Shown: one piece after another, positions 1-12,013 of the stretch
How positions within the stretch are numbered: the stretch's first letter is position 1
Layout: each line of letters begins with the position of its first letter
NCBI GenBank assembly: GCA_951406725.2
Contig: OX597830.1
Location: 69,998,001-70,062,000 of the forward strand
Source of the DNA: Octopus vulgaris
Lineage: Eukaryota
Length of the DNA stretch: 64,000 nucleotides
Direction: 5' to 3'
Notes under the pieces: generated by a model
Told to the model about the DNA's origin: nothing
What the model saw: only the letters and a program-made list of their open reading frames with translations
Databases searched by the model: none
Translations under genes and position numbers: made by a program

Positions 1-290
1 TGTCCATGGTGATCTCAACCAACTGCATATCGTCAAAGTTTTTCCATTTGTCCTTACCGTCTGCCCACATTCTCTCACGACGGTGAATATAAGCTAAGGG
101 GGTCGACAATCATCACTAACGTCCTTGACGGTGACCCTTATATTCCTCCTTCTCAAATAGTGTGAAACCAGTAAGGGTTGGTGTCTCGTGTACCATTTGC
201 GCTTGGGCTTTCGTAACCTCCTCCACGATAAACATGGTACCAAATACCCTCCCTTTCTGAGTGAAGAATATATCACCTAAAATATCAGAA
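1..290 (-). pseudogene. Decayed coding fragment, possibly LINE ORF1-like
   Basis: The minus strand gives protein-like pieces in shifting frames (TLTGFTLFEKEEYK; VTVKDVSDD; MWADGKDKWKNFDDMQLVEITMD) with stops. No diagnostic motif. Confidence 0.3.
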
Positions 291-828
291 AACGCGTTGG
301 ATCTTTTAGTAGATAGAGGTACGTTACTGTACTTCTCTCACGGGCCTCTTGAGCTGATTGTGGAAATCTGGCCTAACTTAAACGCACAAAATGTTTACAA
401 AATGTTTCTTTCAGAAAAAAAAAAATTCTATTAGAGTTTTCCTGTTGGACAAAATACTAGCAAAAGATACTTTATCGTTGTTCGTGCTTGCACCCGGAGC
501 AACACGTGCAAGCGTAGTTTTATTGTTGTAGACGATGACACGATCTATACTCGGTTGAAATATTGAAATAAAATGATTGTGTTTTCTTCATGTCTGTGTA
601 TATTAATACTATTTTGAGTGGTAATTTGATTATAATTCTTTTATCTATTTGTTTCCTGTGTGTGAAATGTATTTAAAAAATTATTTTCGCTTTTCTTTTG
701 GAGGCGTGGTTGAAATGTTTATAGCCGTATTTTTTTGTCACTGACATGAGAGGAAAAATTAAAATTTTGTATAAGATTAAAACACAAACCTTATATTTGA
801 TTTTTGTCACCCTCTATAAGAGGAGACT

Positions 829-1138
829 GTGGAGTGACATGGCCTAGTGGTTAGAGCAGCGGACTCGCGGTCGAGGGATCGCGGGTTCGAATCTCAGACC
901 GGGCGATGTGTGTGTTTACGAGCGAAACACCTAAGTTCCATGCGGCTCCGACAGAAGGTAATGGCGAACTTCTGCTGACTCTTTCGCCACAACTTTCTCT
1001 CATTATTTCCTCCTGCATCTTGTAGCTCACCTGCGACGGACTGGCGTCCCATCCAGGTGGGGAACTTATACACCAAGGAAACCGAGAAACTGGCCCTTAT
1101 GAGCCAGGCATGGCTCGAGAAGGAACAAATAACAAACA
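829..1138 (+). mobile_element. tRNA-derived SINE, family A (Meta-domain-like body), with 13-bp TSD
   Basis: A box TGGCCTAGTGG, B box GGTTCGAATC, body CCTGCGACGGACTGGCGTCCCATCCAGG...GAAACCG and an AAC-rich tail. ATAAGAGGAGACT is duplicated at 816-828 and 1139-1151. Confidence 0.88.
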
Positions 1139-1261
1139 ATAAGAGGAGACTTAACTGTGGCGTTATTTGCATGCTAGTATCATTGGTAAAATCTATTTTT
1201 CTAGTATTAAAACCCTTTCGCTTCGACTTCCTTTGTCAGCAGAAAATAATAATATTTTTCT

Positions 1262-1626
1262 AATTTTGGCGCAGAGCCAGTAATTTTGAGGGAAGAGGCA
1301 AGTCAAATACATAGACCTCAGTACTTTAGTAGTACTTTATTTTACCGACCCTGATAAGATTAAAGGCAAAAATTGACCTCGGCGGGACTTGAACAAAGGA
1401 CACAAAGAGCTGGAACAAATATCACAAAACAGTTTTTCTGACAATTTAATGTACAAGGCTAGGGATTTTGAGGGAATGTTTGTCAGTCAATGGCATCGAC
1501 CTCAGTAATTGACTGGTACCTTATATTATTGATCCTGGATAGATGACAGGTAAAATTAACCCAAGCTGGAAATAAAGTGTGAAAAATTACCACACAGCAT
1601 TTCCTGATTCTCCTCTCGTTGTAATA

Positions 1627-1665
<39 letters not shown>

Positions 1666-1872
1666 TCTTTCTATTACTGGCATGAGGCCTGAAATTTTGG
1701 GGGAGGGAGAAAATCGACCCCTGTACTTGACTGGTACGTAATTTATCGACCCCCAAAAGGATGAAAAACAAAGCCGACCTCGATGGGATTTGAACGTGGA
1801 ACGTAACGACGGACGAAATGCAGTTCAGCATTTTGCCCAGTATGCTTAATGGTTCTGCAAGGTCACCGCCTT
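1262..1872 (-). mobile_element. Three decayed copies of SINE family C (Deu/Nin-domain-like)
   Basis: Repeated reverse complement of GCCTTTCATCCTTTCGGGGTCGATAAATTAAGTACCAG; a tRNA-like head is present near 1800-1872. Confidence 0.75.
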
Positions 1873-1907
<35 letters not shown>

Positions 1908-1984
1908 CAGGCAGTGGTTCTCATAGCTTCTGATCTTAACTGATTGGAAGTGTTATCATGTACATTGTTTCGTCTTGGTATAAG

Positions 1985-2860
1985 GGGACCAGTCGATTAG
2001 ATTGACCCAGTACACAACTGGTATTTAATTTATCGATCCCGAAAAGATGAAAGTCAAAGTCAACCTCGGTGGGATTTGAACTCAGAACGAAATACCTATT
2101 TCTTTACTACCCACAAGGGGCTAAACATAGAGAGGACAAACAAGGACAGACAAACGGATTAAGTCGATTATACCGACTCCAGTGCGTAACTGGTACTTAT
2201 TTAATCGACCCCGAAAGGATGAAAGGCAAAGTTGACCTCAGCGAAATTTGAACTCAGAACGTAGCGGCAGACGAAATACCTATTTCTTTATTACCCACAA
2301 GGGGCTAAACATAGAGGGGACAGACATTGGTATTAAGTCGATTATATCGACCCCAGTGCGTAACTGGTACTTATTTAATCGGCTCCGAAAGGATGAAAGG
2401 CAAAGTCGACCTCGGCGAAATTTGAACTCAGAACGTAACGGCAGACGAAATACCTATTTCTTTACTACCCACAAGGGGCTAAACACAGAGAGAACAAACA
2501 AGGGCAGACAAACGGATTAAGTCGATTACATCGACCTCAGTGCCTAACAGGTACTTAATTTATCGACCCCTAAAGGATGAAAGGCAAAGTCGACCTCGGC
2601 GGAATTTAAACTCAAAACGTAGCGGCAGACGAAATACCTATTTCTTTATTACCCACAAGGGGCTAAACATAGAGGGGACAGACATTGGTATTAAGTCGAT
2701 TATATCGACCCCAGTGCGTAACTGGTACTTATTTAATCGGCTCCGAAAGGATGAAGGGCAAAGTCGACCTCGGCGGAATTTGAACTCAGAACGTAGCAGC
2801 AGACGAAATACGGTTGCGCATTTCGCCCGGCGTGCTAACGCTTGTGCTAGCTCGCCGCCT
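1985..2860 (-). mobile_element. Head-to-tail concatemer of SINE family C: one head, four full body/tail units and one partial unit
   Basis: The anchor ACGAAATAC recurs at 2087, 2271, 2445, 2629 and 2803 (periods 184/174/184/174). A single head lies at about 2812-2860. Confidence 0.9.
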
Positions 2861-3866
2861 TCGTACACAATATATATTAATAATGAAATGTATGAATGAA
2901 TAAAAATAATAGATAAATACTAAATAAATAATAAATTCTCAATTTGTTTTGTTTATATAATTAAACTGATATTCTTGGTTCTTCTCTCCCATAATTGGAT
3001 TACGTCGTTAACGATTCTTTAAAAATGTAACGTGTTTTCTTTCCACGAAGCGTTATCTATCTGTCTATCTATCTATCTATATTCCTGTTGTGTGAATTCA
3101 TTATTAAAACAAAATCATGAACAATAACAATACCAACAACAAAACGATGTCTGGACTGTTAGTTTTTGGGGGATGTTGTATTGAATCAGCTAAAAAAAAA
3201 AACATGTATATATAAAGAAAATTAAGTAATAAAATAATATGAGAAAATTAATTAGCTATCGGTTTAATTTTTACTGCTTTCCGGTATTTAAACATCCGGT
3301 TATTTATTGTGTGTAGTTTGACTTAATATTTAAATATCCTGGACATTTTGTTCTTTTTCATGGTTCGAGATTTAAATATCCGGAGCTGCACGCAGTCAAC
3401 TACACAGATGAAAAAATGCATTGTGGGAAAGGAGGCTCCACAATGCTTCAGCAACCACGAAGGAGAATTTGAAGCGTTTCAAAACCTAAAGTGTTAGCTA
3501 TGCCCCGAAACCAAAGAGGAGAGGGTCTGCCTGATCGCTTAACATGCTAGAAAGAGCAGCCAAATTTCTCTACAATAATACCGTATTGGTTTAAAAAGAG
3601 TAAAGAAATATTGAATAATATATTTTTAGATATACCATGTCTGACAATCAGTTATGAATGAAGTGCTTTCGACAATGGCTCTGTTTGAACGGGTTTGATC
3701 TGCGTTTAAATAACAACTACCGCAAAACATTGCTTTCATATCTGGAGTAAGCCTCGCTGTCATTCGATTACCGACAGACAGGGATCAAGTAAGTGATCAA
3801 GTAAGTTATTTCTTTATTATCAATTATCAATCAATAAATTATCATCAAGACTTGCGCCATTAGAAA

Positions 3867-4062
3867 TACTTTTTACTTACTCTTTTACTTGTTTCAGTCA
3901 TTTGACTGTGGCCATGCTGGAGCACTGCCTTCAGTCGAGCAAATCGACCCCAGGACTTATTCTTTGGAAGCCTAGTACTTATTCTATCGGTCTCTTTTGC
4001 CGAACCGCTAAGTTACGGGGATGCAAACACACCAGCATCGGTTGTCAAGCAATGTTGGGAGA

Positions 4063-4108
<46 letters not shown>

Positions 4109-4272
4109 TATACGACGGGCTTCTTTTAGTTTCCGTCTACCAAATCCACTCACAAGGCTTTAGTCGGCCCGAGGCTATAGAAGACACTTGCCCAAGATGC
4201 CATGCAGTGGGACTGAACCCGGACCCATGTTGTTGGTAAGCAAGCTACTTACCACACAGCCACTCCTACGCC
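3867..4272 (-). mobile_element. tRNA-derived CORE-like SINE, family B, full length
   Basis: Head GGCGTAGGAGTGGCTGTGTGGTAAG, B box GGTTCAGTCCC, CORE-like CTTGGGCAAGTGTCTT, an internal (TG)n tract and tail GCTCCAGCATGGCCACAGTCAAATGACTGAAACAAGTAAAAGAGT. Confidence 0.88.
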
Positions 4273-4309
4273 TTCTAATTTCCCTATCAAATCATCCATC
4301 ATTGTTTTG

Positions 4310-4695
4310 TATCTTTTTCAGTCATTGGAGTGTGACCACGTGATCAAACAAACCGATCCCAGTATTTATTTTTTTAAAAATCTGGTACTTATTCCATCCA
4401 TCAGTTTTTGACGAAACGCTATGTTACGTGGCAAAGACTGTAACAAACCAACCCAAGTTGTCAAGCGGGTGGTGGGGAACAAATATAGGCACAACGACAC
4501 GCACACACACGCATATATATATATATATTCATATATACAACGGGCTTCTTTCAGTTTCTGCGAACCATATTCATTCACAGGGCTTTACTCTGCTTGGGGC
4601 TATGGTACAAGAATATTGCCTAAGGTGCTACACAGTGGGACTGAACCCGGGTCAGTGTTGTTGAGAAGCAAGCTTCTTACTACACAACCACGCGT
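4310..4695 (-). mobile_element. SINE family B, diverged copy
   Basis: Same segment order as 3867-4272 with many substitutions. Confidence 0.75.
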
Positions 4696-5023
4696 ATATA
4701 ATTCAAACTGAATCTCGTGATACGAGTTCCATGTGACTTCGATCTTCATATAATGTCACCTGGATAAGAGTCAGCAGTTCCTGTAGTCAGGGTTTTAAGT
4801 CAAGTGCGGCTTTCACAACAACACGATGACTCTCAGTAGCAAAATCATGAAGCTCGGACACAAGCAAAGTGCAAAATATCCAGCTTATTAGAGCAGCGGA
4901 TTTTATATACGTGTTGGCTTACTTTTTGACGGATGCCTTGACAAAAACCAGGGGTCCGTCATTCCCAGTGAGCTTACTGCGCCCTCGGATGTCAACCCAA
5001 GTATTTCTACGTCGCGGTGCATA

Positions 5024-5903
5024 TACAAGGTGTGTTTAAAAAGTATCTGACTTTATTATTTTTCCCTCAAAAACTACTGCCGCGTGGGCAAAATCCTTTG
5101 TGTGGGAGGTGACACCACCCTTCATGTGCATGTGGTAGGCCGCACTTTTAGGCTGCGTTAGTTTCCAGGTTCTTACGCCTCGCGTACAGACATATAGTCC
5201 GCGCTCGTCAGATTTTCGTTTCTACATGCAAGAAAACCGAACACATCGAGGAGAGACCAAAAACTCATGCCTCATTACCAGTGATGATGGACTTCATGAA
5301 GTGTAGGTCGTGGTTTTCACAGTCCAGCATGTCCAACATCTTACGGAAGAATTTTGCCGACGCTCACCGTATGCACAAAATGGAATGCACTGATCTTGTG
5401 CTTATTCCCGCTTTCTGAAGAACTTCCTAGATTTTTACACAACGGTCTTCCATGACTATTCGCCGAACCTTCTGAGTCGGCTCCTCGTTTCGACTTGTGG
5501 ATGGCCTGCATGAGCGTGCTTCGCTTTCCACTGAAGTGTGGTTAGGTTGTACCAATCCTTAATCGGTCGTACCACTCCTTAATCTGAGTTTTGACCATGA
5601 CATCTTCGTCAAAGGCCTACTGAATCTTCTAGGTCTTTTGAGTTTAAGTATCACCAAGCTTTTGGTAAAACATGATGTAATATCTCTGCTCGATGTGTTC
5701 GCAGAAAACGAAAACCCGACGAGCACGTACTACGTGTCTTGTACTTTAAGCATAACACTCGGGTACTGATGCAGTCTATCGGCGCGAAATTTTCACGCAT
5801 GCGCAGTGAGAACACCGTAACTTCTAATCCAAAGGGTTTCGCCCACGCAGGATTAGTTTTGATGGAAAAAATAAAGACGAATACTTTTTGAATGCACTTC
5901 GTA
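5024..5903 (-). mobile_element. Mariner-family relic with TA-flanked TIRs and a decayed N-terminal HTH on the minus strand
   Basis: The left end TACAAGGTGTGTTTAAAAAGTATCTGACTTT matches the right-end reverse complement TACGAAGTGCATTCAAAAAGTATTCGTCTTT. The minus strand reads EHIEQRY..F.QKLGDT...AFDEDVMVKTQIKEWYDR...RPSTSRNEE with stops and frameshifts. Confidence 0.8.
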
Positions 5904-5973
5904 CATACATACATACATACATACATACATACATACATACATACATACATACATACATACATACATACATACA

Positions 5974-6018
<45 letters not shown>

Positions 6019-6019
6019 T

Positions 6020-6475
6020 TCACTGCAGCCATGTTGGGATTTTTAGTCGAACACATCGAACTCAGGACTTATTTTTTTAAAACCCAGTACTTATTCTAAA
6101 GGTATATTTTGCCGAACGGCTATGCTACGGGGACGTATACGCACCAACACCGGTTGTCAAGCGGTGATCGGGGAAGGAACAAACACAAACACACAGATAC
6201 ACACACACACACACGCATACACGCACGCACACATACACGCGGACAACACACAGACACGCACACAGATACACACACACACACAGATACACACACGCACACA
6301 TACATCCACATACACACACATACGACGAGTTTCTTTCAGTTTCCGTCTATCAAATCCGCTTGCAAGACTTTGGTCGGCCCCAGGCTATAGTAGAATGCAC
6401 TTGCCCAAGGTGTCATACAGGGGATCGAACATCGGAAGCATGCGGTTGAAAAGCAACCTTGTTATCACACAGCCA
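6020..6475 (-). mobile_element. SINE family B, diverged copy
   Basis: Tail, internal CA-rich tract and CORE-like cacttgcccaagg at about 6398-6410. Confidence 0.75.
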
Positions 6476-6494
6476 TATATATATATACACGACT

Positions 6495-6728
6495 AAGGCG
6501 GCGAGCTGGCAGAACCGTTAGCACGCCGGACGAAATGCGTAGCCGTATTCCGTCTGTCGTTACGTTGTGAGTTCAAATTCCGCCGAGATCGACTTCGCCT
6601 TTCATCCTTTCGGGGTCGATAAATTAAGTACCAGTTACACACTGGGGTTGATGTAATCGACTTAATCCCTTTGTCTGTCCTTGTTTGTCCCCTCTGTGTT
6701 TAGCCCCTTGTGGGTAGTAAAGAAATAT
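6495..6728 (+). mobile_element. SINE family C, full-length monomer
   Basis: AAGGCGGCGAGCTGGCAGAACCGTTAG head, GAGTTCAAATTCC B box, GCCTTTCATCCTTTCGGGGTCGATAAATTAAGTACCAG domain and tail GCCCCTTGTGGGTAGTAAAGAAATA. Confidence 0.88.
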
Positions 6729-7014
6729 ATATATATCTATACACGACGGGTTACCTAAACCGCATTTTTTCGAAACGGACTTCGTACCCTTGCAGCCATG
6801 CTTGCTCCAACAGAATGAGATATGAAGAAAGAGAGGGAGGGAGAGAGAGAGAGAGGTAGAGAGAAAGAGAGAGTGAGGTGGTTGCGGTATTGTTAGTGAT
6901 GTGGGGAACAAATACACGACATAATGCCGAGACGTAGCGACATGACGTCCAGACTCTCCGAAAACAATTTCCACACGGTTAACAATTAATTGTGAACAAC
7001 GAATTCATGTAAAA

Positions 7015-7112
<98 letters not shown>

Positions 7113-7949
7113 CCCCTTCCAAAAGCTTTCTAAATATTTATTTAAAAAAAAAAAATGTCAAATTTTTTACTCAGACATTTTGTTGTTTTCTCAGAGGAAA
7201 TCGTATTTACGTTCTTTTTTTTTTTTGTTTTTTCATTTTTAGTTTTCACGAATTTTAGAAATTTTAGAAAATAAAAAATAAAATAAAAAACTTAGTAAAA
7301 AAAGTACTTATTATTACACTGAAAATTATTTTCGTAATTAATCATAAACCAGAAAAAAATGCGTTACACTAATAACTATGCTTTTAACTCTCACTCTTTT
7401 CGTTTCCCCCTCTCTATCTCTCATTCAGATTCTCTCCCTTTTATTTTCACTCTTCTATCGAATACATTTGACATTGAAATCCAATACTAAGTGAAAAGTG
7501 GTATCTTTTTGTCATTGAGGTTTATATCTTCCCCAGAGTACGACAATTTATGGTGGTGTTTTTCTTTATATTTATTTAATTTCTTTATTTATTGCTTTAT
7601 AATAATTATTTGTCCGTTCTTCCCTATTCGATATCGTTATCCTCCGCCTCTTCGTGTGTGTGAGTATATATATATATATATATATAGATATATATGTATA
7701 TATGTGTGTGTATATATGTATGTGTATATATATGTATATGTGTGTGTGTGTGTGTGTGTGTGCGTGTGTATTTGTGTGTTGGCCAGATATGACAAATAAA
7801 AAAAAAATTATATCTCATCCACCACTGGTCTAATTCACAAACAGTACCTGTTTTAATGGCTTACTTTTCAACGGGATCGCCGCTCACAAGAAACGCAACC
7901 CCCCACACACATACACACACATACATGCATATACATATATGAGTGTATG

Positions 7950-7988
<39 letters not shown>

Positions 7989-8047
7989 ATGAGGGTGCAT
8001 GTATGTATGTATGTATGTATGTATGTATGTATGTATGTATGTATGTG

Positions 8048-8116
<69 letters not shown>

Positions 8117-8375
8117 TATGTATCCGTAATGGGTTTGGTCAGAGTCACAGTTTCGGTTTTTCCTATCGAAGTAATTTTTAGTACATTTCTACCATTTATT
8201 CCACTGGGAAAATAATGGACGCCAGCATCATCCCTTACTCTCCGCCTCATCACCCCATCATCCCATCGAATTCATACAGCATTAACGCTTAGTATTGTAA
8301 AGATAGGCTCACCTTGGACCAACTTCGATTCCTAGTCATCATCATCATCATCATCATCATCATTATCATCGTCAC

Positions 8376-8450
<75 letters not shown>

Positions 8451-8476
8451 CATCATCATCATCATTATTATTATTA

Positions 8477-8510
<34 letters not shown>

Positions 8511-8680
8511 CATTATTATCATTATTATTATTTCTTTGTGATCATTAGTGTCTTTGGTTGTGAAGTCCCAAAGGGTCAATCATTGATTTACTGCAATTAC
8601 GATGGAGAGAGAGAGAGAGCTAGGGGAGTGTCTATGTAACTCGGGCGGAAAAACTATATCGAATTATTTTTGATCCCGAC

Positions 8681-8719
<39 letters not shown>

Positions 8720-8964
8720 ATATATTTATATGCACGACGGGTTCCTTTCAATTTCCGCCCACCAAATCTATCCACAGGCTTTGGTTGGCTCGAGGCTTAG
8801 TAGAGGCCACGCAATGGGGTTGAGCCTACCGTGTACCGTGAACCGGGCGGTTGGGAAGCAATATTATTACCACACAGACATGCCTGCGTATGTGTGTGTG
8901 TATATATATATATATTTTTCCACGTCCTTGCGTTGTTGTGTTTTTTTTGTTTTCTTGTTTGGAT

Positions 8965-9016
<52 letters not shown>

Positions 9017-9120
9017 TAATAATAATATTAGGGAATAAATCCAAACTTACAGGGAAAAATTAGATTTAGGATTAAATCCAATTTTATAGTATAAATATAT
9101 TATATTATATTATATTAAAT

Positions 9121-9758
9121 TTAAATTAGAGATAAAACCACTATTAGGCAAATCAAACAGTGAAAAACATAAGCCAATACATAAAATTAATTTTAAAATA
9201 TAAAGGTTAAAAATTTAAAAAATTATTAAAATAATTTAAACTTATAAATTTTAAATATATATATATACAAATATATAATTAAAAATGAGGGTGTCTAAAA
9301 GACACCAACATGCCGTTTTAGACACCCTCATTTTTAATTATTAAAAATTTTTTTACCTTTGTAAGGTATTTCTTTCATGCTGGCCACTTGATAATTTTGA
9401 TACTTAAATATCGATATTATCCTGATATATAAATATATACAAATATATATATATATATGTATACTCTTTTACTCTTTTACTTGTTTCAGTCATCCGGCTG
9501 AGGCCATGCTGGGGCACCGCCCTTGGGTATGTATGTATATTTTTATATTTATATATTATTTTGTTTAATTAATTAATTAATTAATTTATTTATTTATTAC
9601 ATATATATATATATATTTGTATATATATATTTAAAATTTATAAGTTTAAATTATTTTAATAATTTTTTAATTTTTAACCTTTATATTTTAAAATTAATTT
9701 TATGTATTGGCTTATGTTTTTCACAGTTTGATTTCCCTAATAGTGGTTTTATCTCTAA

Positions 9759-9763
<5 letters not shown>
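9121..9763. mobile_element. AT-rich foldback element with about 155-bp inverted arms and an internal perfect 25-bp hairpin, set between (TA)n tracts
   Basis: 9121-9277 is nearly the reverse complement of 9610-9763. The inner stem 9276-9300/9316-9340 has a 15-nt loop. Confidence 0.8.
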
Positions 9764-9790
<27 letters not shown>

Positions 9791-9797
9791 TCTGTTA

Positions 9798-10196
9798 TTC
9801 TTTTATTCTTTTACTTGTTTCAGTCATTTGACTGCGGCAATGCTGGAGCACCGCCTTTAGTCGAGCAAATCGACCCCGGTACTTATTCTTCGTAAGTCCA
9901 GTACTTATTCTATCGGTCACTTTTGCCGAACCGCTAAGTGACGGGGACGTAAACACACCAGCATCGGTTGTCAAGCAATGCTAGGGGGACAAACACAGAC
10001 ACACAAACACACACATACATACATATATATATATACATACATACGACAGGCTTCTTTTCAGTTTCCGTCTACCAAATCCACTCACAAGGCATTGGTCGGC
10101 CCGGGGCTATAGCAGAAGACACTTGCCCAAAATGTCACGCAGTGGGACTGAACCCGGAACTATGTGGTTGGTTAGCAAGCTACTTACCACACAGCC
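9798..10196 (-). mobile_element. SINE family B, near full length
   Basis: Matches 3867-4272 throughout. Confidence 0.88.
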
Positions 10197-10544
10197 TTGG
10201 AAGTGGATGCGTGGCGTTCGATCATATAATAACAAGTAATAAATAAAACATATGCATATATACATACATATATGTACAGACCTACATCTATATGTATATA
10301 TACATGCATATATGGGTACGGGACACCAAAAAAAAAACGTAGAACACAACGAGAGACGAAAACATAAAAACAACCAAAAAAACAGAGTATAAGACATACA
10401 ACACAAGGAACATTCCCCTTCTTGAGCTGCTCTTCCTTCGACTACTCCCTGTTTCGAAGGTACCTTTTGAGTTCAATTCCAGCTGAGGTCAAGTTTGCCT
10501 TTCATCCTTTTTGAGTTCGAGATAATTGACAAATTCCCGCCTTT

Positions 10545-10882
<338 letters not shown>

Positions 10883-10888
10883 GTGAGT

Positions 10889-10928
<40 letters not shown>

Positions 10929-10964
10929 TTTTATTCTACTCTTTACCTACTCTTTTGATTCTTC

Positions 10965-11550
10965 TTGATTTTGGTACAAGGCCAGAAATTCTAAAGGCGG
11001 GAAATAGTCAATTATCTCGATCTCAAAAAGGTTTAAAAGCAAACTTGACCTCGGCTGGATTTGAACTCAAAACGTAAACAGCCAAAACAAATATTGGCTT
11101 CAAATTTTGGCACAAGGTCAGCAAATTCGGGGGAGGGGTTACCTGATTACATCGACCCCTGTATTCAACTGGTGCTTATTTCATCAACCCCGGAAGGATG
11201 AAAGGAAAAGTCGACCTTGGCAGAATTTGAACTCAGAACAAAACCCCGCAAAGCATTTCGCCTGGCATGCTAACGTTTCTGTCAACTCACCGCCGTGTCA
11301 GTTATTAATATTAAAAGAGGGAAAAAGGTGCCGAGCTTGCGGAACCTTTAGCACTCCGGGAAAAAATGCCTAGCGGCATTTCGTCCGTCCTTACGTTCTA
11401 AGTTCAAATTCCGCCGAGGTTGACTTTGCTTTCATCTTTTCGGGGTCGATGAAATAAGTACCAAAGAAGAACTTGGGTCGATGTAATCGACTTGACCGCC
11501 CCCCCCCCCACTGCAAAATTTCCGGCCTTGTGCCTATAGTAGAAAGGAAT
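10965..11550. mobile_element. Cluster of SINE family C copies: two on the minus strand (10965-11296) and one on the plus strand (11325-11550)
   Basis: The Deu/Nin-like domain appears in both orientations, with heads about 30 bp apart. Confidence 0.8.
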
Positions 11551-12013
11551 AAATAATAACCAACTGCAGGCTATAAAGAGTGTGAGAGTTTGACAAAACC
11601 TGAGGCTCGTTTCACTGAAAATCCTGCTTCAGTTGTATTAAGTGAAAATATAGCATTAATAGAATTGGTGCATTTCGTTACTTCACTTAGTAACGTAATA
11701 ACATAATTAACTGTGTAAATGCTATTTGGTTTAGTGGCTACTGAAGCTCTTATGTGGTTTACTGCTTTGCCATTCCGTGCAACTGTTAGTAAGTTATAAT
11801 TTAATGTAGTTTATTGCTCCACTAGTGTCCAGTACAATTTATTGCTTTTGTAGTGTCCATTGCTGTTAGTGGTCACTCTGCTATGCAACACCGTGCAATG
11901 AATTTATCCTCCAGTTTGGTCCAAGAAAGGAGATATTTTCTACGAACCATTAATGAAGAGGTATTATGTATTCTCTCCTGATATTTATATTTGTTCACAA
12001 ATATTTCCCGAAC

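Noticed and set aside
130-175. GFTLFEKEEYKGHR on the minus strand, reminiscent of a beta/gamma-crystallin motif
   Set aside because: A stop follows within a few codons and no further Greek-key pattern appears. A decayed TE is more likely.
829-905. tRNA gene (A and B boxes present; similar heads at 16783, 20467 and 28907)
   Set aside because: Each head runs into a SINE body and tail, occurs in several copies, and lacks a proper acceptor stem.
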